A stretch of 64,000 nucleotides of DNA from Enterobacterales bacterium (GCA_041556195.1 JBFFIY010000002.1:278-64277), one strand, 5' to 3'. Numbered from the stretch's first letter, positions 38,610-48,819 are shown. Numbers and translations: made by a program. The notes: generated by a model not told the origin, from the letters alone.

Positions 38610-40337
38610 TTACTGACTAACTTTTAGTTGCAATTTTTTAATGATGTATAACATGGCATTTTTAGCTTTTTCTGGAGCCTGCCCCATTGCACTTTGCAAC
38701 TGCGTGATAACTGTATTTATTTTATCTACAGGAACAGTTTTAACTCTCGTCATCATTTGCTTAATCATCTGCTTTTGTTGATCATCAAACTTACTCAGTT
38801 CAGGATCCTCAGGTGTGGCATCTTTTTTTCTGGAATATAATTTATTGCCGCGATTATCAGCCGTTAAATAATCTTTTGCCACCTGTTGTACCTGTGCTTC
38901 AGTGACATTCAGGATGTTTTCAAAATAATCATCCATAATATTCCAGTTTCTAAGACCATCAAAATACAACAACTGGATCAAGAACTGAAAGTTTTCTCTT
39001 ACTCTTCTAAATTTACTGGCGCTAAGATTATTTTTTACACGTTGTAACTCTGTAGCAGTAATACCATCCACTTTTATTTTTTCAACTTCTTCCAGAATAA
39101 TTTCTCGCAAAGTTTCTGCATCTGTTTCTGAAGAACCATTAGCTACAATTTCAAACATTCCATCATATTTACGACCATCTGCACTGGCATAAGTTGAAGT
39201 TGCAACTTTGTCTTTTAACACCAATCTTTTGTATAAACGACCGGTTTTTCCACTTAGAACGGAAGCTAATACCTGTAGAGCAGGATCATCTTTTGCCGCA
39301 AAAGCCGTGGTATGATATGCAACGCTAGCAGATGGTGGCGCATCAACTTCTGCTTTATAAAAAATCTCTCCGCTTTGTGAAGTGCGATCAGTGATCACTT
39401 CTGGTGGAAGTTCTTTACCTGCAGGAATACGGCCAAAATATTTTTTGGCTAATTCTTCAGCCTGACTCAAATCTATCTCACCAACAATTCCCACAGTAAT
39501 ATTATTGGGCGCATAAAAAACATCAAAATAATTTTCCGCCTGTTCTCTGGTAATTGCTGCGATATCACTCGGCCATCCAACCACAGGCCAGGCATAAGAA
39601 CTACCTCTCCAAAACAAAGACTCAAATACTTCATTCTGCACGCCAGATGGTGTAGATTCCGTTCTCATACGACGCTCTTCAAATACTACGTCGCGCTCAC
39701 TATAAAATTCCCTGAAAACTGGCTGAAATAATCTTTCACTCTCCATCCAGAACCAGAACTCTAATTTATTTTTTGGAACCTGAATAAAATAAACCGTCAT
39801 ATCCTGATTAGTAAAAGCGTTCATACCTGAAGCACCGGCTTCGGTATAAACTGAAGCAAATTCATCTTTAACCATATTTTCACGTTGCAATTTTATCAAT
39901 TTCTCAAATTCAACTTTGAGTGCTTTCATTGCATCGGTTTCAAGTGCAGGATCGGAAATCGATTTTCCTACGCCATGACGAAACTGATCGCGATAGTTTT
40001 TTTCTTCATCAAACATTTTTTGGCGAATATCATCTAACTGTTGGCGAATTTGTGAATCCAGCTGATTATCTTTGGTGCCAATAACAGGTGAGCCTTTAAA
40101 CATCATATGTTCAAACAAATGAGAGATCCCTGTAATTCCAGGGCGTTCATTGGCAGAACCCACATGAGCCACCCAGCCAGCGGCTATATTCGGTGCACCA
40201 GGTTTATTAACCAACAAAACACGCATACCATTATCAAGTACAACTTCTTTGACTTGATCTTTCATGTTGCTAGAGCCTGCTTCGCTCAATGTTGACGCCA
40301 ACACTATCAGCACGCCATAAAAAAGGGTTTTAAACAT
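38610..40337 (-). CDS. M16 family zinc peptidase (insulinase-like)
   Basis: 575 aa, signal peptide, inverted zinc motif HLFEHMMFKG (HxxEH). Confidence 0.8.
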   Translation of the reverse strand: MFKTLFYGVLIVLASTLSEAGSSNMKDQVKEVVLDNGMRVLLVNKPGAPNIAAGWVAHVGSANERPGITGISHLFEHMMFKGSPVIGTKDNQLDSQIRQQLDDIRQKMFDEEKNYRDQFRHGVGKSISDPALETDAMKALKVEFEKLIKLQRENMVKDEFASVYTEAGASGMNAFTNQDMTVYFIQVPKNKLEFWFWMESERLFQPVFREFYSERDVVFEERRMRTESTPSGVQNEVFESLFWRGSSYAWPVVGWPSDIAAITREQAENYFDVFYAPNNITVGIVGEIDLSQAEELAKKYFGRIPAGKELPPEVITDRTSQSGEIFYKAEVDAPPSASVAYHTTAFAAKDDPALQVLASVLSGKTGRLYKRLVLKDKVATSTYASADGRKYDGMFEIVANGSSETDAETLREIILEEVEKIKVDGITATELQRVKNNLSASKFRRVRENFQFLIQLLYFDGLRNWNIMDDYFENILNVTEAQVQQVAKDYLTADNRGNKLYSRKKDATPEDPELSKFDDQQKQMIKQMMTRVKTVPVDKINTVITQLQSAMGQAPEKAKNAMLYIIKKLQLKVSQ

Positions 40338-40628
40338 AGGTTCTCCTTGATATTAGTTTCTTGTAATTGTGTAACTGGAAAAATACATCAGAATCGCGAA
40401 AAATGCAGTCTACCATGCTCTTATCAATTTTGAAGGTTACAAGGCTCCAAATTTTGTTAAAGAATATTAACCTAAATCACAACTATCTGTTTTTATTATA
40501 TATTATAAATTCTGTGACATGTTCACAGTTTAATTTTTCATTGATAATTTCAATACTTTTGTACTTTCCTGTTCATGCTATAATTCACCAAAATTAATCA
40601 GATAACTCCAAGACGAAGGACTTAACGC

Positions 40629-41948
40629 TTGTACCGATTCTTTTATACCCTTCTTTTTTACCTGTTAATTCCACTCATTTTTTGTCGTTTATGGCTTAGA
40701 GGGAAAAAGGCACCGAATTACCGTCTTCGCTGGGCTGAAAGACTGGGTTACAAGCTTCCCAGAACAAAAACCGTCCCTATCATCTGGATCCATTCTGTTT
40801 CTGTGGGTGAAACCCTGGCTGCAGTCCCTTTGGTTAGAGCCTTATTAGAACAATATCCTACTCATCAACTATTAATCACTACAACAACCCCTACAGGTTC
40901 AGAACGAGTGAAAGCCGCCTTTGCCGATTCTGTGCTCCATTGTTATCTGCCCTATGATATTCCCACTGCCAACAAACGTTTTATAAAACACTTTAAACCT
41001 GACATTTTAATCATCATGGAAACGGAGTTATGGCCAAATTTATTGACTTACTGCCATAAACAACAAATCCCTACTTTATTGGCAAATGCCAGGCTCTCAG
41101 AAAAATCAGCCGCTGGATACCATAAATTTTCGGCTCTAACCAAACCCATGCTCCAGATCATTGACAAAATTGCCGCCCAAACTCGGGATGATGCCAATAG
41201 ATTTACAGAATTAGGCGCTAAATTAAATCAGGTTTGTGTCTCTGGCAATATTAAATATGATCTCAAACTGCCTGATGGCATTCTTGAAAATAGTCTTTTT
41301 ATGCGAGAAAAGGTATTTGGCTCCCATGCAAAAGTCTGGATAGCAGCAAGCACTCATCAACATGAAGATGAGAAAATATTAAATATCCACCGACAAATCT
41401 TAAGAGATTGTCCTGATACCAGGCTAATACTGGTACCCAGACACCCGGAAAGATTTGATGCCGTTGCAGAACTCTGCCTTGCCAGCAACCTCAAACTATT
41501 AAGAAGAAGCACTCTCGAACAGGCCGATGGCACTGCTGATATCTTCTTAGGGGATAGCATGGGGGAATTATTACAGTTTTTTGCTATGGCTGACTGTGCT
41601 TTTTTAGGTGGAAGCCTGGTTAACATTGGAGGGCACAATTTATTGGAGCCCGCCGCGCTGGGACTACCCTGTGTGGTGGGTTTACACACCTATAATTTTA
41701 GGGAAGCAACTGCCGCACTGGTGAATGTCGGTGCCGCATTACAAACGGATGAAGGCGAGATGCCAAGAGCTATTTGCATCTGGCTAAAAGATGATGAGGC
41801 TCGAAAAAAAGCCGGACAAGCCGGACAAGCCCTGGTCATAAAAAATCGTGGCACACTGCAAACATTACTGCAACTCATTGAAGAGTTGTTAGCCAAAACG
41901 GATCCCACAACAATCTCAAAGGATAACCCGGACCGAAACCAGGACTGA
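40629..41948 (+). CDS. waaA: 3-deoxy-D-manno-octulosonic acid (Kdo) transferase
   Basis: 439 aa, TTG start. The N-terminus MYRFFYTLLFYLLIPLIFCRLWLRGKKAPNYRLRWAERLGY is typical of WaaA. Also WIHSVSVGE and LVPRHPERF. Confidence 0.9.
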   Translation: MYRFFYTLLFYLLIPLIFCRLWLRGKKAPNYRLRWAERLGYKLPRTKTVPIIWIHSVSVGETLAAVPLVRALLEQYPTHQLLITTTTPTGSERVKAAFADSVLHCYLPYDIPTANKRFIKHFKPDILIIMETELWPNLLTYCHKQQIPTLLANARLSEKSAAGYHKFSALTKPMLQIIDKIAAQTRDDANRFTELGAKLNQVCVSGNIKYDLKLPDGILENSLFMREKVFGSHAKVWIAASTHQHEDEKILNIHRQILRDCPDTRLILVPRHPERFDAVAELCLASNLKLLRRSTLEQADGTADIFLGDSMGELLQFFAMADCAFLGGSLVNIGGHNLLEPAALGLPCVVGLHTYNFREATAALVNVGAALQTDEGEMPRAICIWLKDDEARKKAGQAGQALVIKNRGTLQTLLQLIEELLAKTDPTTISKDNPDRNQD

Positions 41949-41956
41949 ATCAAAAT

Positions 41957-43321
41957 ATGAATAAAAAGAATATCATCCTGTTTTCAGGCCCAGCTGGTTT
42001 TGTTAGTTGTTGGTTGTTATTACCTTTAATTGGCTGGTCAGTAGATGAATCCCTGACACTTGGCGTCGCTTTTTGGTGTGCGACATGGTGGTCAACAGAA
42101 GTTATTCCAATTCCGGCAACCTCACTAATTCCTTTATCGGTGTTACCTTTTTCAGGGGTACTAACTGCAACTGAAACAGCGGAATCCTACGGCCATCACC
42201 TCATTCTTTTATTGCTGGGTGGTTTTATTATTTCACGCTCCATGGAAAAAAGCGGTGCTCATCGACGTGTTGCTTTAGGCTTGGTCAACCTGCTTGGTGG
42301 AGATAACCCAAGACGTTTGATTTTTGGTTTTATGTTGGCCTCTGCTTTACTCAGCATGTGGATTTCTAATACGGCCACCACGCTGATGTTGTTGCCCGTA
42401 GCTCTGGCTATTCTGGAAAAAATGCCCGATGATCGACTGGCACTTCCTTTACTTTTAGGGATTGCTTATGCCGCTAATTTAGGCGGAATAGGCACACCAG
42501 TCGGGACGCCTCCAAATTTAATTTTTATGAACGTCTATCTTGAAACCACTGGCGAAGAGTTAGGATTTGCCCAGTGGATGACCTGGGGAATTCCTGTAGT
42601 GCTATTGTTTCTACCCATAATGGGCTGGTGGTTAACCAGAAACCTTACCGCTCCACCAGTTAAAGTTCCAGCAGTTGGTACATGGCAAGCCGCAGAAATC
42701 CGGGTATTTATTGTATTTGCTATCACCGCGACACTCTGGGTAACACGAACCCCGGAATGGGGCTGGGCGCATCAACTGGGAATGACCTGGGTAAAAGATG
42801 GCCAAATTGCACTTCTCGCTGCAATCACTTTATTTATCATTCCAGATGGAAAACAGGGGCGATTATTAGACTGGGAACACGCCAGCAAAATTCCCTGGGG
42901 AGTACTATTATTGTTTGCTGGAGGTATTGCATTAGCCAGGGCATTTGTGGTGTCAGGTTTAAGCGTAAGGCTGGCTGAACAATTGTCCTTATTAAGTCAC
43001 TGGCCGGTCTTATTAATGATAGCCATCATTGCATTAGTGGTAACTTTTTTAACCGAACTTACCAGTAATACAGCAACAACTACCTTATTAATGCCCATTC
43101 TGGCAGCTGCAGGAATTGCCGCTAATATGGAGCCCGCTCTACTTATGGTGCCAGCAGCTATGAGCGCCAGCTGTGCCTTCATGTTGCCAGTGGCAACCGC
43201 ACCTAATGCCATTGTTTTTGGTAGCAACCTTATTCACATTAACAAGATGATTAAACTGGGATTTGTGCTTAACCTGGTAGGGGCTGTAGTGATCACGCTA
43301 GTATCATTTACCATCATTTGA
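41957..43321 (+). CDS. DASS/SLC13 family anion:sodium symporter
   Basis: 454 aa, polytopic. Two SNT hairpin motifs (WISNTATTLML, LTSNTATTTLL). Confidence 0.8.
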   Translation: MNKKNIILFSGPAGFVSCWLLLPLIGWSVDESLTLGVAFWCATWWSTEVIPIPATSLIPLSVLPFSGVLTATETAESYGHHLILLLLGGFIISRSMEKSGAHRRVALGLVNLLGGDNPRRLIFGFMLASALLSMWISNTATTLMLLPVALAILEKMPDDRLALPLLLGIAYAANLGGIGTPVGTPPNLIFMNVYLETTGEELGFAQWMTWGIPVVLLFLPIMGWWLTRNLTAPPVKVPAVGTWQAAEIRVFIVFAITATLWVTRTPEWGWAHQLGMTWVKDGQIALLAAITLFIIPDGKQGRLLDWEHASKIPWGVLLLFAGGIALARAFVVSGLSVRLAEQLSLLSHWPVLLMIAIIALVVTFLTELTSNTATTTLLMPILAAAGIAANMEPALLMVPAAMSASCAFMLPVATAPNAIVFGSNLIHINKMIKLGFVLNLVGAVVITLVSFTII

Positions 43322-43443
43322 TCTGTCGATTAGCCAAATAACCAAGTTTTAAATTTAGAAAGTATCGCTTGCATAATACTACTTGTTTATATAGTATAAA
43401 CCACAGCAATAAAGTAGAAAAAACGGTTACATAAATCCTTTAA

Positions 43444-43484
43444 CCTGGATCTAATCAGTTGAGCGCTCAACTGATGGATCCAGG
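43444..43484. promoter_or_regulatory. 41-bp near-perfect palindrome upstream of yebG
   Basis: CCTGGATCTAATCAGTTGAGC / GCTCAACTGATGGATCCAGG (20-bp arms, one small bulge), ending 23 nt before the yebG ATG. No T-run follows, so it is not a typical terminator. Confidence 0.5.
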
Positions 43485-43507
43485 ATTATTCAACGAGAGA
43501 TATTCCT

Positions 43508-43804
43508 ATGGCAGTGGTGACTTTATATATGTCCGATCGTAATACAGATAAAACCTTTACCGATAAAAAATTGGCTGATAACTACGATAAAATGTTAGAA
43601 CTGGCTGAAAATGTTAGCTTCTGGATGGAGAAAAAAATTCCTGGTTTAAATGAAGCACAAATAGAAGCTATTGGGTTGTTAATTGCACACAACAAAGATC
43701 TTCTGGCCAAAGCCATGAAAAGCAAACCGGAGATATTACTCGAAGATCCTGTAACAACACAAACACAAGATGAGAACGTTGTTGAGATCTCCGCCACAGC
43801 ATAA
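43508..43804 (+). CDS. yebG: YebG family DNA damage-inducible protein
   Basis: 98 aa. Resembles E. coli YebG from memory (MAV.., F..KK.AD.YDKML). Confidence 0.7.
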   Translation: MAVVTLYMSDRNTDKTFTDKKLADNYDKMLELAENVSFWMEKKIPGLNEAQIEAIGLLIAHNKDLLAKAMKSKPEILLEDPVTTQTQDENVVEISATA

Positions 43805-43813
43805 TCATAAATC

Positions 43814-44515
43814 ATGAAAAAAATTGTTGTCTTATCAGGCGCTGGAGTAAGCGCTGAAAGCGGTATAAAAACCTTCCGTGATGCTGGAGGATTATGGGAG
43901 GGCTATGATGTAATGGAGGTTGCATCCCCTCAAGGTTGGGCCAGAGATAGTAAACTGGTTTTGAACTTTTATAACCAACGCAGAAAAGATGCACTCTCGG
44001 CTAAACCGAATGAAGCCCATCAAATCATAGCAGAATTAGAAAACTATTTTGACGTAACAGTTATCACTCAAAATGTTGATAATCTTCATGAAAAAGCTGG
44101 CTCCTCTCATGTCATTCATCTTCATGGCGAATTATTTAAATCTCGTAGCACTCTCGATCCCAGCTTAATTTATGATATTAAAGGCGTAGATCTGAATCTT
44201 GGGGATCTTTGTGAAAAAGGCTCCCAATTACGTCCAAATATTGTCTGGTTTGGTGAAAGTGTGCCAATGATGGATTTTGCCGTTAAAGAAACACTTTCTG
44301 CTGATATTTTTGTTGTGGTAGGAACCTCACTGCAGGTTTATCCTGCAGCAGGATTAATAGAATTTGTACATCCCTCAAAACCATTATTTATTATTGATCC
44401 TAATATGCCAGATGTTCCTCAAAGAGGAAACCAGACACTCATAGCAGAAGTTGCCAGTATCGGTATGCAACAGGTTAAAGATTATCTTTTTGAAAAACAT
44501 TCACCTTACATCTAA
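43814..44515 (+). CDS. cobB: Sir2-family NAD-dependent protein deacylase (short form lacking the 4-Cys zinc ribbon)
   Basis: 233 aa. GAGVSAESGIKTFRD, QNVDNLHEKAG, HLHGE (catalytic His), VVGTSLQVYPAA. Only one Cys where the CxxC..CxxC motif normally sits. Confidence 0.85.
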   Translation: MKKIVVLSGAGVSAESGIKTFRDAGGLWEGYDVMEVASPQGWARDSKLVLNFYNQRRKDALSAKPNEAHQIIAELENYFDVTVITQNVDNLHEKAGSSHVIHLHGELFKSRSTLDPSLIYDIKGVDLNLGDLCEKGSQLRPNIVWFGESVPMMDFAVKETLSADIFVVVGTSLQVYPAAGLIEFVHPSKPLFIIDPNMPDVPQRGNQTLIAEVASIGMQQVKDYLFEKHSPYI

Positions 44516-44574
44516 AATACACATTATACTTTTGTTCCTTAGTCCTTTATACCCATTTTTATAAGGCACTTTAT

Positions 44575-46410
44575 ATGCTCACTAAAACCAGTGACCAGTC
44601 TGATATCCAGTGGAATCAAATATTAAAATCTGGCAATCGAATTTTTATTGGCTCCAATGCTGCGGTGCCCAATGCGCTAATTGATAACCTTATTGCAAAT
44701 AGTGATAATTTACATGACATCGAAGTTGTACATATTTTAACGCTCTCAGAAAATGTCTGGGTAGAACCAGAACATAAAAACTTGTTTAAAGTAAATGCGT
44801 TGTTTATTGGTGGAAAAAACGTTCGAGAGGCTATTTCTGAAGGGAGAGCAGATTACACACCTTGTTTTTTATCAGAAGTTCCAAAGTTATTTGAAAAAAA
44901 TATTCTACCACTTGATGCCGCTTTCATCATGGTGAGTCCCCCAGATGAATACGGCTACTGCTCTTTAGGTGTAAGTGTCGATGTAGTTTCCGCTGCAGTG
45001 AAACATGCCAAATATGTAATAGCACAAATCAATCCAGAAATGCCACGTACCAATGGCCACAGCTTCGTTCATATGAAACAGATACATGCCTGGATGGAAA
45101 TGTCTCAACCTCTTCCAACGATTCCTCTGCCTAAGCTTGATCGTGTTACTGAACAGATTGGACAACATGTTTCTATGTTGGTTGAAAATGGAGCGACTCT
45201 GCAATTAGGTATAGGAAAAATTCCCGATGCCGTATTACATTATTTGGGCAACCATAAAGATCTGGGTGTACATAGTGAAATGATTTCTGATGGCATCATT
45301 GACTTAATGCTCAAAGGCGTTATCAATAATCGTAAAAAGACCTTTCATCGTGGAAAATCTATTGTCACTTTTTGCATGGGAACACAAGCGCTTTATGATT
45401 TTGTTGATGGCAATCCGCACATAGAATTTTACCCTTCAGAACATGTAAACTCTCCTGTCAATATTGCACGAAATGACAACATGGTTGCCATTAACAGCGC
45501 CATAGAAGTTGATCTGACGGGCCAGGTTGTTTCAGATTCCATAGGTTATAAATTTTTTAGCGGTATTGGAGGGCAAGTTGATTTCATTCGCGGGGCATCC
45601 TTAAGCAAAAACGGTATTCCAATTATTGCATTGCCTTCAACGACTAAAGATGGAAAAATTTCAAAAATTGTTCCACACGTTACCGAAGGTGCTGGTGTAG
45701 TCACCTCTCGCGGTGATGTGCATTATGTTGTAACTGAATATGGTATAGCCTCATTACAAGGCAAAAGTATTCGAGAACGTAGTTTAGAATTAATACGAAT
45801 AGCCCACCCAAAATTTAGAAGCCTCTTATTAAAAGAAGTAAGAAAAAATTATTGGGTTCCTGAATATCAAACTAACACACCAACATCATTAACTGAATTT
45901 GGCTCTGTTGAATTTAAAGAATTTAATTTTATTAATAATAAATATAGACTTCGCCCACTCTGTCCCGCTGACGAAAGAAAACTTCAGGAGTTTTTTTATT
46001 CACATAATAAAGAAACCTTAATGATGCGATATAACCATCACAGATCACAAATGACAAGAGAAAGCTCCTGTCAATTGGTTAGCATTAATCAACAACAGGA
46101 TCTGGCCTTATGTTTTACTGAAAATGATCAACTTGGTGAAGTCATCCTGGCAGTTGGGCGATACTACTTCATTGAGCAAAATAATAGCTGCGAAGTAGCA
46201 TTTGTTATAAACGAAAGTAAACGTGACATTGGCATGGCAAGCACTTTGTTACAAGAAATGATAGTTATAGCAAAATCGCGTTCGCTAACTAAAATGATAG
46301 CTCTGGTTAATTGTAAAAATTTACCCATGATAGCTGTTTTCAGAAAAGCTAATTTTAAACAAATCTTCGATTACGAAGATAAAGAAATTAAATTTGAATT
46401 TACACTTTAA
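44575..46410 (+). CDS. fusion protein: acetyl-CoA hydrolase/transferase family domain + C-terminal Pat-type GNAT acetyltransferase domain
   Basis: 611 aa. N-terminal ~430 aa carry CoA-transferase blocks (HSEMISDG, GIGGQVDFIRGA). C-terminal ~150 aa look like a GNAT domain (YRLRPLCPADERKLQEFFYSHNKETLMMRY.., ..RDIGMASTLL). Confidence 0.75.
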   Translation: MLTKTSDQSDIQWNQILKSGNRIFIGSNAAVPNALIDNLIANSDNLHDIEVVHILTLSENVWVEPEHKNLFKVNALFIGGKNVREAISEGRADYTPCFLSEVPKLFEKNILPLDAAFIMVSPPDEYGYCSLGVSVDVVSAAVKHAKYVIAQINPEMPRTNGHSFVHMKQIHAWMEMSQPLPTIPLPKLDRVTEQIGQHVSMLVENGATLQLGIGKIPDAVLHYLGNHKDLGVHSEMISDGIIDLMLKGVINNRKKTFHRGKSIVTFCMGTQALYDFVDGNPHIEFYPSEHVNSPVNIARNDNMVAINSAIEVDLTGQVVSDSIGYKFFSGIGGQVDFIRGASLSKNGIPIIALPSTTKDGKISKIVPHVTEGAGVVTSRGDVHYVVTEYGIASLQGKSIRERSLELIRIAHPKFRSLLLKEVRKNYWVPEYQTNTPTSLTEFGSVEFKEFNFINNKYRLRPLCPADERKLQEFFYSHNKETLMMRYNHHRSQMTRESSCQLVSINQQQDLALCFTENDQLGEVILAVGRYYFIEQNNSCEVAFVINESKRDIGMASTLLQEMIVIAKSRSLTKMIALVNCKNLPMIAVFRKANFKQIFDYEDKEIKFEFTL

Positions 46411-46430
46411 TTCCCTACTCAGGTGTATTT

Positions 46431-46967
46431 ATGACTTTTTCGATCAAAACAAAATCTTCAACCATTCGCGAATTTTGGAAAGATGATCTTCATACTTTCA
46501 CCATATATCGAAATGATCCATCCATTTCTAAATATCAAAGTTGGTCTGACTATAGCTATGAAGATGCGGTTGAGCTATTTAACACGATGAAACAGGTTCC
46601 ATTTGCCACTATAGGACATTGGTTTCAACTTGCAATCATTGAAAACAAATCCCAACAACTAATCGGAGATCTGGCTGTCCACTTTATTGATATTGAACAA
46701 ATTGAAATTGGTTTTACCATTGCTCCGGAATTTCAACAAAAAGGATATGCCTCTGAAGCACTTAGTGCTTTTCTTGATTATGTATTTATGCAACTGCGCA
46801 AACACCGGGTGGTTGCTACTACCGACGCATTAAACATCGCATCCTGTCGATTACTGGAAAAAGCCGGTTTCAGGCGTGAAGCTCACTTTATTGAAAACAT
46901 CTTCTTTAAAGGTTCATGGGGAAGTGAATATCAATATGCCTTACTGCGATCCGAATGGAACAAATAG
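46431..46967 (+). CDS. GNAT family N-acetyltransferase (RimJ/RimL-like)
   Basis: 178 aa. QQKGYASEAL acetyl-CoA block and N..S..LLEKAGFRRE. Confidence 0.75.
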   Translation: MTFSIKTKSSTIREFWKDDLHTFTIYRNDPSISKYQSWSDYSYEDAVELFNTMKQVPFATIGHWFQLAIIENKSQQLIGDLAVHFIDIEQIEIGFTIAPEFQQKGYASEALSAFLDYVFMQLRKHRVVATTDALNIASCRLLEKAGFRREAHFIENIFFKGSWGSEYQYALLRSEWNK

Positions 46968-46988
46968 CTTGCCCCTGCAAAGTGATAA

Positions 46989-47452
46989 ACAATTATTCCT
47001 GAACCACTAAAATATTTATATAACAAAAACCTTATTTCATCGCTTAGTCAGTCCATAAATAAGGCCTATCCAAAGTTTGACAGTACAACTTTTCAGGAAC
47101 TGATTTTTTGTTCTGAATGGGAATCAATAGAACTCAAACAAAGGATGAGACATGTTACTGAAACACTGCATAAATTATTGCCAGATGATTACATAATCTC
47201 GGTTAACATTTTAAAATCTATTTCTTCAAATTTTAACGGATTCGAATACGCCATAGATTTTTTTAAAAAAGAGCGGTAAACAAAATAGAAAGGTTTTAAG
47301 CATCTCTGAACAAAACAATAACAACCAACACAAAAACGTCTCAAAAGCACATTCATTCTAACTTATTTCAACTAGAAAATACTATCCTGGTGAACATGGT
47401 TTGGCGGTTATTATAAATGGCCATGAAATGGCAAATGGTCAGTTTCATTTAA
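46989..47452 (+). pseudogene. decayed DNA alkylation repair protein (AlkD-like HEAT-repeat family) gene
   Basis: Own translation. 46989-47279 gives ..LISSLSQSINKAYPKFDSTTFQELIFCSEWESIELKQRMRHVTETLHKLLPDDYIISVNILKSISSNFNGFEY.., with no start codon and a premature stop. About 47390-47452 gives YPGEHGLAVIINGHEMANGQFHL, resembling the family C-terminus. The middle of the gene is missing. Family assignment is from memory. Confidence 0.45.
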
Positions 47453-48654
47453 CTCAACCATTGAATCCCCAGTAACGACAGACAAAAAACCAGTGATATT
47501 ACAGGAATAAAAGCAGGAACCGTAAAACCTGCATGTGGATCTTTGCGGCGTTTAATAACCCATAAGCTTACGCTAATAACAGAAAACACAATGAGAATTA
47601 AACTACTGGTTAACTTAGCCAGGGTGAGCATGGGTAACGTCCAGGCAACCAATAAAGTGATAATTGCAATGGTTATGGTTGCTAACACGGGGGTTTGTGT
47701 TTTGGCATTAATTCGCTTAAAAACCGCAGGAGCCATTTTCTTTTCGGCTAATCCATAAAGCACCCTTGAACCCATAATAAGTTGCACCAGAGCACCATTT
47801 ATAATCGCAATTAACCCAATAACGGTAATAACAGACACCGGGATCTGACTATTCCTTTTTACAATTTCAACAAATGGCGCCTGATGCCCTGAAAGCTCCT
47901 CCAGAGAGAGACTACTTAAAGCTGCCAATGCTGTTACTAAATAAAGTAAAGTAGTTACCCCAATCGCTATTAATATTGCTTTAGGTATATTGCGTTCAGG
48001 TTCTATCACTTCCTCGGCAATATTAACAATATCTTCAAATCCAATATAAGCGTAAAAAGCAATAAAAGCCCCCAAAAAAATCGCTTTCCATATTGGCCAT
48101 TCAAATTCCGGAATAAATTGCAGTTGTTGGAAATCCAATTGAGAAATTTTGTCTGTTGACACCCAGATAATTAACAACACACCTGCAATTTCAATCAGGG
48201 TTACAACCATGGCGAAACCTACAGATTGCATAATTCCCCAGATAGCAATCAACATGATGAGGAAAATAACAACAAAAACTCCAACATGAATATCTACCGG
48301 GAAAAAAATTGAAAAATAACCCATAAAACCACGAGCTAATACCCCCATTGATACAATGCCAGTTGCAATAATACTCCATCCTATAAAACTGGAAATAAGG
48401 TTAGAATTAAACGCATTCAACACATAAGTGGCTTCGCCGGCACTTTCCGGGAAACGGCTGGCCAATTCTGAATAACATAAACCTACAAGTAGTGCGATAA
48501 CGAAAGCTACCATGAAAGCAGTAACAGTAAAGCCTGAACTAACAGCTGCTACTTTTCCAACCAAAACATAGATCCCGGCACCCAGAATAGTGCCAATTCC
48601 GTAAAAACTTAATAACGGAAGTGTAACTACTCTCTTTAATACGGGGGGAGACAT
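47449..48654 (-). CDS. APC superfamily amino acid permease
   Basis: 401 aa, about 11-12 TM. N-terminal GIGTILGAGIYVLVG motif. Confidence 0.8.
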   Translation of the reverse strand: MSPPVLKRVVTLPLLSFYGIGTILGAGIYVLVGKVAAVSSGFTVTAFMVAFVIALLVGLCYSELASRFPESAGEATYVLNAFNSNLISSFIGWSIIATGIVSMGVLARGFMGYFSIFFPVDIHVGVFVVIFLIMLIAIWGIMQSVGFAMVVTLIEIAGVLLIIWVSTDKISQLDFQQLQFIPEFEWPIWKAIFLGAFIAFYAYIGFEDIVNIAEEVIEPERNIPKAILIAIGVTTLLYLVTALAALSSLSLEELSGHQAPFVEIVKRNSQIPVSVITVIGLIAIINGALVQLIMGSRVLYGLAEKKMAPAVFKRINAKTQTPVLATITIAIITLLVAWTLPMLTLAKLTSSLILIVFSVISVSLWVIKRRKDPHAGFTVPAFIPVISLVFCLSLLGIQWLS

Positions 48655-48819
48655 AATAGCAACAAGTCATATAGAGAATACCCTAAGTGTAGACTCTAAA
48701 TACCAAACAAACGAGAACATTTACTCAATAACTGAATCAAAATACTGATTGCAATTGTTCTACAAATACACCCAATAAATTAGTCCGAAAGTTTGGCGCA
48801 TAAACAACGACAACTGTTT

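Noticed and set aside
40367-40597. 76-aa ORF between the M16 peptidase gene and waaA
   Set aside because: AT-rich divergent promoter region. The composition is low-complexity, with no RBS or family signature.
41357-41953. Antisense ORFs (110 and 87 aa) inside waaA, and similar antisense ORFs inside polA, rnr, coxA, the aidB-like gene, the lyase gene, the DASS transporter gene and the SEC-C gene
   Set aside because: All lie within strongly supported genes on the opposite strand or in another frame, and they lack independent signals.
43380-43396. LexA (SOS) box upstream of yebG: TACTTGTTTATATAGTA
   Set aside because: It has TACT/AGTA ends and an AT-rich centre, but lacks the critical CTG...CAG triplets of the gammaproteobacterial consensus. 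That is not enough to call.
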